A DNA stretch of 64,000 nucleotides, taken from positions 62,684,001-62,748,000 of the forward strand of contig NC_045696.1 in assembly GCF_009834535.1 (NCBI RefSeq), given 5' to 3'. This DNA is from Camelus ferus (lineage: Eukaryota). Shown piece by piece: positions 11,181-24,965 of the stretch. A program made the translations under genes and the position numbers. The number at the start of each line of letters is the position of its first letter. The first letter of the stretch is position 1. The notes beneath the pieces are model-generated. The model ran no database searches, was not told the origin of the DNA, and saw only the letters and a program-made list of their open reading frames with translations.

Positions 11181-14100
11181 ATCGTCCTGCTTAACCCCCT
11201 CAGAGCGTTTGAGGTGCTTACTAAAATAACACGAAGTTAAAAAAAAAAAAGCCAACAGACTCAAGGCCAGGGAGTAAATACAGAGAAAATGAAAGCTTAG
11301 TTCTCAGAAAAAGGCATAAAGACAGGCCTAGTTACAGAAGCAGCCCTTTAGCCTGGCAGCCAGTGTGGAGGGACGGTGCCTCCTGCACAGAGCTGTCCTC
11401 CTCGGGGTGGTGGGGGAGGTCAAGCCTTCCCAGGCACTGACTTTTGAAATAAATGAATGAACACTTTAATTTCTCTTTCATTAGAGAAAATGGGCTCTAA
11501 GTTATAGATACCTGGCCCCTAGATGGGCTTTGTTCACTGCCCTGGGGAGGCCTCTGCCACTGCTTAACCACGTCTCTCTCACCCCCGATGACCTTCAGCC
11601 CAAGACTTTTGTCTAAACCTAATTCTTTGGAATCAGTTGGGCATTTTATATTTTGGTTTGTGGTCAAACCTTGTTAGCCAAGCAGGGATGAGCCACGTCC
11701 CTTACTTTTTTACAGCTAAAGGCCTTACACCACTTGGTCTTTGAAAACCTTTTATGAACAAAATCCTGTGTTAGCAATAGGTTCTTGTAGTTTCTCCTAA
11801 GGGGCACCTGTCTCAAAGATGTGCACTTGTGGGGTGGGGTGCAGTTGTAGGTTGAGGAGCGGTGGCTGCCTTTTCAGTCTGCTCTTGGCATGAGCTCAGT
11901 CACGTTTGCAGTGGCGATGGCTGCTCCGGCCACTGTTGCCGCCAGGTCCCCTTGGCCAGACAGGGCCGCATCTTGCTCTGAGGCTGGGAGGGGCTACGGG
12001 GGTGTCCCCAGAGGCTGACCCTTATCTGTTTGTTTGCTTGTTTCCAAGGGCTACAGAGCCAGGAAGAGGAATACAGCCCCCATAGAAAGAAAAAGGAACA
12101 GTACATTGTTCAGAAGGGAATGAAGAAATGAGAAAAGCAACAGGAAATGGCTTGAGAATCAGGGGAGGCACCAGCCAAGGGAAATAAGTTTTGAGCACCA
12201 GGCAGGCGGAGGGATAAATCATCCCTGAACCTTCTTGGCCCTGACCAGCCAGGTCTCCAGGGTGGCAGTGACCTCTCTGGTTCCCGAGAGGTCTATGCCA
12301 CTCCCTCCCCCTGCTTCAGTGCAGATCTGGGGATCTGGAGTTAGAAATGAACCCGTGCCCATCAGAGCCAGACACTCCCAGGTGCGCTGTGTGTCCATCT
12401 CCCCGCCCCGCACCTCTTCTGTTCCCCTCCTTCCTCTGCAAGGTTGAGAGTGTTCTCCCTGGAGCCACAGGGCACTCCTTGGTGCCGCTCGGAGTTCTGT
12501 GTTCCTCACCCATGACTCCATCACTCCACTTCACCTCTGTCCTGTTCTCTCCTGGCCTGGGGCTGCCTGTGTGTGAGGCAGACGGGCAGGAGGGAGGGAA
12601 AAACGAGGTGCCATGCGGGGAGCGCACACCAGTCACACGGCATGGGGGTGCAGGCACGGGCTTCCTGGGACAGAAGCCACACTTAGGACATCATTTGGTA
12701 GTTACGGCTTGCTTTAAAATTTGTGCCACATCTTTATTATTCGGTATGAAATTGGGGGAATCACCTTGTAGTGTCTGCCTCACGGGAAGGATGAAACGGA
12801 GTCCCCATTCAGAGACTGCTTTCTTTCCTCTGGGCATGTCGGGCTGGTTTCTTTCTGTTTCTTGGGATCGATTCTGAATTTGTAACCTACCGGTATCCAG
12901 TCTGGGGTTTGTGTCTCATCACGGTTTCTCCCCAGCCCTTACCCATTCCCATGAGCACACACATGCACACAGAGATCTCTTCAGCTTGTTAATTCTTGGC
13001 CGGGATTCAGGATGGGTTTAAATCGGACGTGACTGCAAACCAGACCTCAAACTTCCATATCCTTTTCTGGTCAGACTGTTGAACATTACAGTTTTTAATG
13101 GAGTGGCTGCATTGGGTTAGAGGATTTCAGGGTTGGAAAAAAACTCGAAGGTGCGATGCCTTCATCAGTCCTGGAGTCTCTCCTGTGGCATCTCCGGAGC
13201 GTGAGGTGGTCTCGCGCAACCTGCTCGGACTCCTGACACCAGGGAGCTGCCGCCACCAGAAGCATACTCTTTCATCTGCAGACATGTTTTGGTTTTAGTA
13301 AATTCTTTCTGACATTGTCCAAAGCCTGCTTTTATCTGTTGATGTGTATACCAACTCCTGACCTCAGTGAAGAAGCCTGGTTCCTTTCTTTCAGGAATTC
13401 AAAGGCAGCTTTTAATCAGGGGAAACGGCCCTGGTTTCCTCGTGTGTTCCCTGCAGGAAACATTTCGAGACTGCTCACGGTCCAGATGCTGGCTTCTGGG
13501 CCTGCTACAGTGGGTCTCTGCCCTCTTCACATACGGGGACCAGCGGTGAACAAAGTACTTCAGAGGTGGGCCCTGCAAGATGGATGGGCACAGGCTGAGT
13601 ACAGAGCAGGTGACAGCACCCCCTTGGCATGTGATATAGCTGCACTCGGGTTCTCAGTCCGTGGCTGTGTCCCACTGGAGATGCAGTGCTTGCAGGCACA
13701 GCAAATCCCTGTGTATCCCCTTTGTTGTGGCTACCCTGCTGCACCAGAATAGACACCCCCCCCCCCCCAATTTGGGATCACATAATGAGACATCCTGGAG
13801 AGAGCAGGGCAGACTTCCCAGACTGGTCTGAAAGTGACTTGTGAGAATAGGGAAAGGAGACCAGCGTGGGGCTTTTATGGTGGCTGTGGGTGGGGTTGGG
13901 GTGAGGGTTCTGAGCGGGATGGGGCTTGCATGGTTTGAACATTCTGCCGGCATCAAAGCTTTCTTGACAGCTTGCCCAGGTGTGGGCAAGAGGAGGCATG
14001 AGGCCTGAAAATTGGCAGCAGTGAAATATCAAAAAATAGTCGCATGACCATCCTGTCTCTCTACTTCCTGACCTGGGCGAGCCCGGTGGGTCTGTTTCTC

Positions 14101-15311
14101 AATCTTCTAACAAGTCCTTGGTGGAAACACTGAACAGAGGACATCTGAAGAGAGTGTCTTGGATTTGCTCATTTGGGGTCATCTTGGGGTCGAAGCCTGT
14201 CTTCAGATCCTGTTTCCCCCTCGGGGATAAAAGGACGGTGTGACATAGCATGTGCCGCTGAGGGGCTGTTGCTTGCCGCGCATCACAGATGAGTGAACGC
14301 TTGGTTCATTCCACGCACATATGGTAGAATTATGGAAACAAATACTGTAAGGGAGCAAGTCTTCTGCGTGGACAGCCAGGGATGTCTACACGCGGATGAG
14401 GAGTTTGGCTGGAGGACACATGCTCAAGCCTGAGGAAGGGGCAGAGCCATCACAAGCAGGGCTGCGCCCTGTCCCAGGGGAGGAACTCCTGGCTGGTCGT
14501 GCTGGTGTGAAAGCCCAGAGAGAGGAGGTGGCAAGTGGGCCCTGATGTGCTGGAGAGGGGACGTCAGCTGTGTCAGCAGGCCTGGGGAGTCGGTTCCCAG
14601 ACTGGGGTTTGCGAGCTCCTTCCCATTGGTTCTGAGTAGCTGGCCATGTCCTACGTCTAACGTCACATTTCAGCAGACCCGATAAGCATGCGTTAAGGAG
14701 TGTTGCTATGGGAACAGTGATTTTGTATCTTCTGACGGAGCTATTCACATGGTCAGTTCCAGCCCCAAACTTCTGCCTTTTGCGTGTTCAGAGTCCCTAG
14801 GTGAGCATAAGGGAGTTAGCGCCCATAGGCTGCTGTGGGAGACACAGATGAACGTCAGTCTTCTGCAGTTCTCCAGCCTCCTCAGCATCGGTACTTCAAA
14901 TGTGAGGGACTGGAGAAGCCAGGGGAGCTTAATAGATGTGATAAATCAATCAAACAAGACCGGTGTATCAGAGAGGTGGTGCACTCCGATGGTTCACAAG
15001 TTGCTGTGTTTGAGACTGAGTAACAGAAATGGGATTCATATTCAGGATCTGCTTCTCTCCTCATTTCATCCCAGTTATTCTCAGATCATGGGGGTGGATG
15101 AACACGGAGGTATCAGAATTACCTGGAGGGGATTTAAACAATCTATATAGCACGCACCGCCCCCCCCCCCCCCCGCCCAAGATTGTGATATGCACCCTAG
15201 AGGAGGGCAGGGATGCCTCTTCTCCCTGTAGCTCTGTGGGCAGATAAAAGACTGCGTGTGCTCACCTGATCCGTGGCTTGACTTCAGCTACTGCTGGTAC
15301 ACTGTACACTG

Positions 15312-15690
15312 TGCTGACACAGCTAGGCTAGACTGGGCTGCAGCAACAAACGTGCCTGCAAGTCTCAGTGCCTTAATACATAGTTTTTTTTTTTTTTTCT
15401 CCCAAGCAAATTTCACTCTGGGTGTAGCAGCTCTCTAGGACAACTTCCTTTCAAGCAACAACCCAGGGATCCAGACCACTTCCATCCTGTAGCCACGCCC
15501 TCTGGAACACATGGCTTACAGAGGGGGAGTGGATGGGGCTGTGCACTGTTGTCACCGAGAAATTACACGTATTACCTCTGCTCACAGTCCCTCAGCCAGG
15601 AACTAGTCATAGGGCCACCCAACTGCGAGGAGCCAGGAGAACAGGGTGTGGATGAGCACTGGTCATGTTCTCACCACCATGTCCACCTGA
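15312..15690 (-). mobile_element. MaLR LTR (MLT1J/K-like) remnant
   Basis: cagctaggctagactgggctgcagcaacaaac...gtctcagtgccttaatac...acccagggatccagaccacttccatcctgtagc...tctgctcacagtccctcagccaggaactagtcatagggccacccaactgc. Confidence 0.75.
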
Positions 15691-16695
15691 GACCTGTGTT
15701 TAAAAAGTCTCAGCACTGGCCCTGGAAATCCCCATCTGAAGACCCCATAGGTCCGTCAAAGTCAACAGGCAACCCAGGACTGATTGTCTTCCTCTCCCCA
15801 AATCTATCCTGTCTTATCCTGGCAAATGATGGGTTGCCTGAGCCAGAAACAAAGGACTCATTTTCAGTTTCATCCCCTTCCTTATTCCCCCTTAGATTGT
15901 CACAAAGTTCTCCCTCTCCACATCTTCCCCCACCCCCACACCCCCTTTTTGGATATTAAATGATTTTATTTGTTTGGCAGTAGGCAAATTTATGTGTATG
16001 ATTTTCTTTTTCTTGTTTTTTTTTCTTCCAATTTTATTAAAATATAATTGACACAGAGCACTGTTTAAGTTTAAGGGGCGCAGCATAATGTCTGACTTAC
16101 ACACATCATGCAATGCCTCACACGTACCTCTTGATGTCTTCTGCTCCCTGTTCCTGTCCACATGCCTGGTGCTCAGTGCATACTGCATGGCCACCCTGGT
16201 CACCCCAGATGCCTGGGCGGGGACAGAGGCACAGAGAGGTGCCAAGTCTACAGAGCAGAGGCGCTGCCACATCAGGCTGCTCCCTTGACCTACCTGAAGC
16301 CCCCAGAGGGCCTGGCCTCTCTCTGGCTGCAACTTTCACACCTCTCCTTTCTTTACTCTGCTTTTTCACTAGTGGCTCCCTTTGCCCTCTCTTCCCCCCA
16401 GATCTTTGCATTTCTGTTTCCTCATCTTGCAGGTCTCAGCTCAAATGCTTCTTGTTCCAAAGGCCTTCCCTGTTGACCCAGGTTCAGTCGCCCTGGCAGC
16501 GTCAGGTTGCCCCCGTCACTGTTTTCTCCTTCACAGCACCTACTGCTGTCTGAAGTCATCCTGTCCAGACTGAGGGCGACACAGAAGCAGAGCACCCTTG
16601 CCTGTCATTTCCCTGATATATCTGCAGTGGCGAGACCAGTGCCTGGCATACAATAGGGGGGTAATAAATATTTGTTGAATGATCAAAAGAATGCA
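15690..16695 (+). mobile_element. Degenerate LINE-2 3' region, interrupted by a short L1 piece
   Basis: caggtctcagctcaaatgcttcttgttccaaaggccttccctg...gtgcctggcatacaatagggggg taataaatatttgttgaatga (L2 terminus). Confidence 0.7.
16003..16115 (-). mobile_element. Short L1 3'-end fragment with a poly(A)-derived T tract
   Basis: T-run, then ttttattaaaatataattgacacagagcactgtttaagtttaagg...cagcataatg. Confidence 0.75.
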
Positions 16696-18946
16696 GAGTT
16701 GTCGGTCATGAGCAGGAAGGCATCTGGTGTCAGAATTGTGCTGTGTGCGCCGGCCGTGCGTGCTGTCGCTGGGACGGTCACTCAGAGGGGCTGGCTTGGC
16801 GCTTCACCTGGGCTGGGAGGGCAGTGCCTGACGATCAGCTTCCTGGGGGAGCATTTTTCCTCCTGAGTGGCTGACTTCTAGCAGCATTGAGTTTCCATCT
16901 GTATTACAGCATCTGAAGCGTCTCATTCGATACGGAAGGAAAATTTGGTGCAGTTCCAGATTTTTCTTTGGAAGAGGCAAAGGCATCATCCTTGAACAGA
17001 AGATCACAGCTGTGCCTAAGCTAGTAGTGTTCCTTGACAGTCAGGACGACCCTGAGGTTTTAGAGACCTTGTTTGTACTCAAGGCATCATGACTGTACTT
17101 CAGGTATAAGTAGAGGTGAAAGTGTTTTAAAAAGAAGATAAGATTTATCCTGGCTTCTGCATAGACGAAGAACATTCTTTCTTTTGGTATGTGTTCATTA
17201 TTTCTGTGACCACATAGTTATACCTGGCTTTATACTTGAAATCGTTTGGGAATAGTTACAAGACTGTTCAACACTTCCATCACCAGCAGTTACCAAACTC
17301 TGTGTCTGGATGTTTTGCACTAATGACTCTGATGGTGTCACAATTAACTGTTACGTGAATTGCACAAAGGCTACCTCATCTCCTTATGTTGGACTGGAAT
17401 ATTCATAAGGCACATTTGCCCTGACCCTACATTTCAGTAGCCAGACCATGAACACTGACCTGTGGGAATCTACCTGCCTCGGTAGAGGAGAGAAGGGGCA
17501 GGCTGTGGCCTCCTGCTTAATCCTAACTGCTTAGGCAGTGAGGGTTTAGAGGACAGTCAACACAGCAACAATCTGAGCACCATCCTGCCAAGAAAAGCTT
17601 AAAATGTCATTTGTTTCCATAGGAATGCAAAAGTTTTTCCTTCATACAGGCGTGCAGGAAATTAAACCACAAGAAAGGCCAAGTTGAATTTCTTAATCCA
17701 CCCCAAACAATGAGTTCTGAAGTGTGGGTTTATGGTTGGAAAGTGACTGGGTAAAAATAGCACGGACTGACTCAACAAATCAGCCTCCCCAGGCTCCCGG
17801 AGCCGCTGATGCGTGCGGACTCTGCTGACAGACCCTGTGCTTGGCTGATCAGAGGCTGCCCTGCTTCAGGAAGGGCGCTTCACCAGGAGAACGCAGTCCC
17901 ACAGCAGAACCTCCTGTCTGGGTTCCCTGCTCTCTCCATACTCAATTCCAGAAGCTTCCCGTCCAGGCTCAGCAGTGTCTTTTGGGGGATGTGACTCAGA
18001 GGGAGGCCCCCTGGCTGCTTTTGCTGTTGGGTTTAGACGGTCTTTACATCTGGGGCCATGGCAGCAGCATTGTTCACGTGAGGTTTACTCAGTCACTTAC
18101 CTGACAGGAGGGGGACTGCTCTGCCTCAGGCTACCTCCCTTGCCGCAAAGGGTTGATTGAACTTTTGGGTTTGTGATCTTGCGTCCTCGGGTATCTCTAA
18201 AGCTGATCTTCCTTTTTCGGGATTCCTCTAGCTCTGGAGCTCTGAGAATGCAAACTGGCTCCTGAGAGACTCATCCCAGTAGACTTGAGATTTTTTCCAA
18301 GCTGCTCAGATACCCAAAGTGCCTGCCATTTGCCTTGGACTTCCAAGATGTACTTGGCAAGAGGAGACGGGGAAAATGTAGCACAAATACAATTAGATAA
18401 ATGACAGGAAAAAGAAACCAGATAAGAGAAACTCCCAGCTGATTGTTTGCTTTTGCTTTAAAAATCCACCTGGAAACCCAGAAAACCACCTTGTGGTGAA
18501 GTAGGAGGAAGGCAGGAGTCTCTTGATGGATTTGCCTTAAGAAAAAGATGATTAAAATGGGTAACCCTGGCTACCTTGAGAAGAATCTTAAACTTGAGGT
18601 CATGGCAAAATGCCTTAAATCTGATCTGCTTTGCCAGAAAATGAGTATTTGCTATGAGGAAGTTAGTTAATCCCTTTAGAAATGTTTTTAATTTAAAAGT
18701 AATACATGTCCATTTTGAAAAGATAGACCAGTATTTTAAAAAATACACATTTTCTTCTAGTTGCATTTGTGTGTGTGTGTCCACACAAATAAATACATAA
18801 TAACATTAATATATATTGGACATATTGATAATCATGCCTTATGATTACACTATTTATGTTTTAGTATATTAATTTATTTCTGTGATTGCAAAAATACATA
18901 TTTCAAATAGCATAAAGAAGAAATTGAAAATAATCTGTAATTCCAC

Positions 18947-19484
18947 TATAGGATGAGCTGGTCTCCAAAGATGACCTCCTAAGGAGCCACGCCTCCTGGA
19001 ATTCACACCCAGGTGCCATCCCCGCTCTTGGAATTTGGGCAGGCTCGTGGCTTGTTTTTGATGAATAGGTTATAGTGGAAGTGATGGAGCCTGACTTCTG
19101 AGGCTCAGTCCTCAGGTGCCCTGTGCAGTTTCAGCTGGGTCCCTTGGCAAGCTCCCTTTTGGAACCCAGCTGCCCTGCTGGGAGAAGCCAAAGCCCCGGG
19201 GGAGCCCACACGAAAGTGTCTGGCTGACAGCCCTGGCTGAGCTTTTTGCCGACAGCCAGCGTCACCTGCTGGCAATATGTGGGGTGTGGCTGTCCAGCCT
19301 GGCCGAGCCTTTGGGAGACTGCAGCCTTGTTCGCCGTTTCCTGGTATCCACATGGGGGACCGACCCCAGGTGAGGACTGCCCAGCTGAGCTGAGCTGACC
19401 CAGACCCATGGGGGGATCATCATACACTGTTTTAAGCCACTAAATGTTGGGCTGGTTTGTTATGCAGCTATAGATAACTGGCAC
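18947..19484 (+). mobile_element. MaLR solo LTR (MLT1F/G/H-like)
   Basis: ccaaagatgacctcc...ggaagtgatggagcctgacttctgaggc...ggaacccagctgcc...tgttttaagccactaaatgttgggctggtttgttatgcagctatagataactg (MLT1 3' end). Confidence 0.85.
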
Positions 19485-19521
19485 GGGCTGTGGGCTGATT
19501 TCAAGGTAAAGCTGTTTAGAG

Positions 19522-19740
19522 GGAGCACAATGAGGCTAAAGAGCTCAGACTCCAGGGCCGACAGGCCTGGCGTGCTTAGTCACTTAGTCACTCTCCAGCC
19601 GTGTTGACTGACCTTGGGCAAGTTATTTGGCTACTATAAACCTTTGTTTCCTACATTTGTTAAATGGAAATTTGGAGATACGGAAGTATTCCAGCGTCTG
19701 GCACTTGGTAGGTACTAAGTAAGTGTTAGAATATTTAGTA
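19522..19740 (+). mobile_element. MIR SINE
   Basis: aagagctcagactccaggg...tgaccttgggcaagttattt...tttcctacatttgttaaatgg. Confidence 0.7.
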
Positions 19741-20267
19741 GTTTGGGGAATGGGAATAAGGAAGCATTGGAAGCAGCTGGGGCAGCAGCAGAGGCTGTGT
19801 AATGAAAATCCTACTAAATTTGCATTTTTTTGCTGCTGTGAACGATGTCATTCATTTCTGAACCTCCTCCATACTTAGCATAGTACTGGGCACACAGTAG
19901 GGACTTTATGGCCTGCTTGACTTGGCGTGGCTGAAGTCAACACAGTGTGTGTATCTTGTGTACCTGAATATACCTGCTATTCTCAGAACAAGCACCGGGG
20001 TTATGAGCTGGGGAAAAAGGCCACCCCTCTTCAGAGTCACAAGGAGGCAGGGCTGGGAGGGGTCTTGGAGACCCTTTGTCTTTTATAGTCTAGGAAGACT
20101 AATGCCCAGAGGGGAAGTGGCTTGTCCAAGGCCGGACACAGTGGCAGAGTCAGGCCCATCAGCCAGGGCTCTAACCCAGTACACTGCCCAGTCATACTTG
20201 CCCAGGGTCCCTAAATTCACATTTTATTAAATAAGGCAGAGCACATTGTATTACTTGTTTTAAAAAA

Positions 20268-20740
20268 CAAGGGATCAAAATTCATATCGCCAGTAATGGG
20301 ACAAATTGACATGCCATGCTCCTGATATGATAGAGTGAGAAGAACCCAGCATCACTTCTGTGCTGTTCTTGACAGAGATGTGTAACCTGAATCTAATCAG
20401 GAGGAACCATTAGCAAACCCAAAAAGGGGGAAATTTTACTCAATAATTGGGCTGTGATCCTCAAATTGTCCCAGGTCTTGGAAGATGAGGAAAGCCTGAG
20501 GAAATATTTCAGATTAAAAAGATGTGACAATCATGCCATCCTAGAGCAGAAATTTTGTTTTTGTCTTTGGACAATTGATACATTTTGAATGGGACTGTAG
20601 ATTAAATGGGACTGATGTATTAGTGTTAATTTCCTGGGTTTGATGGTTGTACTGTTATTATGAGAGTGTCCTTGTTTCATAGCAAGTACATACTGAAATA
20701 TTTAGAGGTTACATCTTTTTTTTTCTTTCATCTGCAATTA
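20268..20740 (+). mobile_element. L1MC4/L1MC5-like 3' UTR fragment
   Basis: cagtaatgggacaaattgacat...cagcatcacttctgtg...taacctgaatctaatcaggaggaac...gtgttaatttcctgggtttgatggttgtactg...catactgaaatatttagaggt. Confidence 0.8.
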
Positions 20741-22504
20741 TGTCAATTTGGCATTATATTTTATGTCTTTTTTAAAACAAATAAACTTTATTTAATTAAA
20801 AACTAGAAACTGAATTAAATGAAATTAAAATTTAATTAAAATGGGGAAATGAATCAATCAGTGCTTAAGCATAGTTTGGTAGAATCTTTTTAATTGTGTC
20901 TGTGATGGGAACAGGTTATAAAGAGGGTTTCTAATGAAACTTGGAGTCTGGACGCCCAGCACAGGGGCCAGTCTTGACTTTTCCATGTTCTTGGGTAATC
21001 TTATTAGAGTCATAGTAGGAGGGGCTCCTCTTATCCTGGTAAACAGGGATAAAAGCAATGAAACGTAGACTGTACCTTCGGTGGGAGAAAATTATAAAAT
21101 GGGAGTAATAAACCCTACTTGTGAGGATTAAATGAGGTAAAATATGTAAAAATTCCCTAGTTCATCACCTAGTTTCCAGGTGTATGGGAACCATATTATT
21201 TTATAGATGATGATAAATGATTCATTTTTTTTTAACGTAGCATGAAAATCAAAATAAAATGACATTTTTTCAGGAGGCCTGACTCAGGAGGCAGGAAACC
21301 GCAAGAGGCTTTTGACCACTGGCCATTCAGTTTGCAAACCGTCACAGGGTAACAGGTGTTCCTCCTGAAAAGACTAAAACCTTTTAATCTTTAAGAAAGA
21401 AGAAAAGATATATTTTCTCCTGCTTCAAAAGGTAAGGGGATGGGTAGTTCTTCCCATAAAAATCTCAGAGAGGCATTTCTGGGTTCATAAAGTGGAGAAA
21501 CTAGTTTTTCTCCTTGCAGGTTGCTGTCATGTGGATTTCTGGGCATAAGGGTGATGTGGGGCCTCTCCTCAGCTTAGGGAAGAGTTGGGTGTGTCCCGGA
21601 GGGTAGGCCTTCTCCCCAGAGGAGAAGTTGGCTGTTCTCTGCCCGATCCACCCTCGCTCCTGGTGTGAGCATCTCGGCAGTGCCTGCTCACTCGTGGTTG
21701 CAGGTCTTTCTGCTGTGTTCCGCTAGAGAGGAGGCTGGAGGCCCACAGCCTGGGGTCTGAGGAGGGTGGTGGGCTGCAAGACCCTGTTTGAGAAGGACGA
21801 GCCTGCTGGATAAAGGGGCCTCTAGCAGATCAGCCTTAGGAAAGAGGGGCGGATCCATTGTTCCCTCCAGGAAGCGCTGCTACTGAAATACAGAAGCCTT
21901 TTTATTAGTGACGTGACAAAAGTGGCCAGGGTGTGGGGACCTTGAGAGCAGAACTGCCTGTGCTGGCTTAGTGTCGTTGTCAGTGTGGGTCAGCCTCCTG
22001 TGCAAGCAGACAGCCAGGCAACTTGCAGGAAATGTGCTCTCAGTGTTGGAATGGAACTAGGCGCCGGCCACACAAGAGGCTCACCACCGGAAACAATGCT
22101 AGAAGATGTCAGCCGTCCTCGAGGGAGTGCCCCCGAGTGAGGCATCCTGCTCACAGAACTCCCATGGGCATTACAGAGGCAGTTTGGGGATGTGGCCCAG
22201 CTTGCTGGAGTCTGGCTGTCTCTGGCTTAGCTCACCTTACTAGTGACCACGCCTGGATTCGAGGAGACACGTGGGGACATAGGGCAAGGAGCCAGGCAGG
22301 GAGAGAGGTGTGAGGCAGGCGACGAAGGATGAGAGTCCTTTGGGATGGCAGCCCAGGACTGGCAGGGGCAGGTCTCAGTGCCTGGCCAGCTCGGAGCAGG
22401 TGAGGGCTGAACAGAGATCTGGAAGGTGAGCAGCAAGAACATGCTAGTGGCTTCTGCGGCGAGGGGACTTGGTGAGCCAGGAAGAGGGGTCTGCATGTGG
22501 GTCA

Positions 22505-23250
22505 TATGACATGGACTTAGTTCCTGTGTTGCCGTTTTTGACCATGTGACCTTAGCAAAACCTAATCTCTTTGGGCCTCTATTTCTTCATCTGCAGAATG
22601 GGTGGAATTAATGCCTGCCTGTTGTGGAACTACTGCTAGTTGCTACTGTGTTCTCTCCTTTTTCATTTTTAGCTGAATCGCATTTATTTGGGAGTAGTAT
22701 TATGCCCAGTAATATAATACATTTCACAGCTTCCCTTGTAGCTAGATGTGGCCATGTGACTAAACTTTGTCTGGTGTGACATAAGAAGAAATATTAAGGA
22801 CCCCCAGGAAGGTTGCTTAAACATTCTGCCTTATTGCAGGGGGCAAAGAGGGCAGAGGTCCTTTTCCCTTTGACCTTTCTGTTGACTGGGATGCAACCAA
22901 GTTGGCTGGAGCATCAGTAGCTATCTTGAACCATGAGGTGACCTTGAGGATGGAAACCAGATCTAGGATAGCAGAATGAAAAGGTAGAAGGAGCCTGGAT
23001 CCTTGACAACTTCACAAAGTGGCCACACCATCCCTGGATAGCGTAGCTACGGTCCTATGTGTGTTAAGCCATTGTTAGTTTAGGTCTTTTGTTACGTGGC
23101 ATTGGACCCAATCCACACAGGTGTGCCTGCCCCCTAGGTCTTTGTAAGGATTAAATGAGCTAAAGCTTGGGAAAGAGTTTTGTGAGCTGAGAATGCACTT
23201 GGAGCATTGGTGTAAAATACAAGGAATCAGCCCTGTTATTGTCATTGTCA
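22505..23250 (+). mobile_element. MIR SINE split by an LTR insertion (halves about 22505-22619 and 23126-23250)
   Basis: tgtgaccttagcaaaacctaatctctttgggcctctatttcttcatctgcagaatggg, resuming as cctgccccctaggtctttgtaaggattaaatgag. Confidence 0.75.
22620..23125 (+). mobile_element. MaLR solo LTR (MLT1I/J-like)
   Basis: catttcacagcttcccttgtagctagatgtggccatgtgactaa...gctggagcatcagtagctatcttgaaccatgaggtgaccttgaggatggaa...ttaagccattgtt; flanked by cctgcc repeats. Confidence 0.8.
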
Positions 23251-24837
23251 TCTAAGTAAACCAAAGGGGGAGGGCTGGCCAGGCCCAGGGGCAGAGGCAT
23301 GTGTCAGGGCAGAGGACGGGGATGAGGAACTGCAAGGCATCGCGACAAAACCTTTGTTATTTTTCTGAATTCTGCACCGAATCCATAGGTACGGGGTAGG
23401 TTCAAGTGCCAGTACAGAGGGAGGAGTGGCCAGAATATGTAAAGAGAGAGGGTGGGTGAGATTAGAAACAGGAGCCCCCATACTTCTAGTAAAGAACCTC
23501 AGAATGAGGAATTTGCAAAGTTGGGCTTTGACCTCTTGGGCAGACCTCTGCCCAAAGAGGACTGCTTTCTACAGCTGCCATCCTCAGGGGTCTGTGAAGA
23601 AAGCTTGCTAGTGAAGAGCAGGCATAGTGTCAGTGCTGGTGAACAAAGTCAGAGTGTGGCCCTAACCTAAATAGGAAGGATCGCTTACACGTTTAGAGAC
23701 AAGAAATAAAGTCTGTAGCAGAGACTGGAGAGCTAAAAGCTGTGGAGAGGCCAGCAGGGACCGCAGACGTCCACCTCATAGAAATGGAAGAAAGGGGACA
23801 TTCTTCTTTTCAAATCTAACATTCAGTTTCCCCTGCATCTTGAACTTCACAAAAAGTACATGAGCTAGAATTTCATACTAGCAATGGAAGTGAGGGGAAA
23901 ATTGAGACCAGGTGTTTTATGTGTCCTCCTCTTATATATGTCCCTAAAGGTTTTTAGCCAAGTTCGAAATAAATTCTGTTCTACCCTAAAGGATGTGATT
24001 TATACCAAGTCACAGAAGGTGCTAAGGGTGAGGGAGGAGACTCATGTTACACCGTCGCTGAAGCAAAAACCATGTTTTTTTGTCATACTTTGTCCACAAA
24101 ACAGGAGCTGATAGTTGTAAAAAAATGTTATGGCTGAGCCGTAGCTAACATTCCATGCTTAATTCTGAGAAGGGTGAGTGGGGCTTGAAGAAAGAATTTG
24201 TTGTGTAGCTAACACATAACACCGACTGTGGTCATTAATTCCAACCTCTTGGCCCCAAAGCCTGTCACCAGAGCAGCTAACAGATTCTGTAAATCATTCT
24301 CTGAGCCCTGTTTCCTTTCCCTTACCTTCCTCCCTCGGGGGAGGGGGCCGCTGCGCATGTGGAAAACATCGATTATCTTGGAGGGCTTCCTGACTGAGCA
24401 GAGCCTGCGGACCTGAGGGCTGCCTGTGTCCGGCCTCCAGGGACCTGGAGGCAGGGAGGCCTGGGGCTGAGGAGCAAGCGTGGGCCTTCAGGACTTCCCT
24501 TCAGCTTACTTTTGTGGCATGAAACTTTGAGAATTTTTTTCCTGAAACTTCTCCATTGGCCCCTGCTCAGTGAGATGGAACCCCAATAGCCTTCAAGTTC
24601 CTTGAGGATGGGATCTTGAGGGAGGGGGCTGTGGGAAGTGGGGCCCCCCTTCTCTTCCCTGGAAGCCCCAGTCACTGCCCGAGGTGCTCTCAGCTGTCTG
24701 GTCTTTTTGCCTTTGATGTGGCAGGATTTCTTGTTTTTAAGATAGTGGAATTTGAAAAGGGACTTCAGAGATGTCTGAAGGCTTTTCTCAGAAAACTGTA
24801 TGAGGCAAATCAGTGTTTGCTCTGAACTCCGACGCTT

Positions 24838-24965
24838 CTTTGCCAGGTTGTCCTAGACAAGTCACCCAAATTCTCTGAGCCTCAGCGTCCTCACTTGAAG
24901 ACAGGAGGTCCTTGTACCCACCCAGCAGAGCATAGTGGAGGCTCGTGCGCTGAGTCTGTAATTGT
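24838..24965 (+). mobile_element. MIR fragment
   Basis: tcctagacaagtcacccaaattctctgagcctcagcgtcctcacttgaag. Confidence 0.55.
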
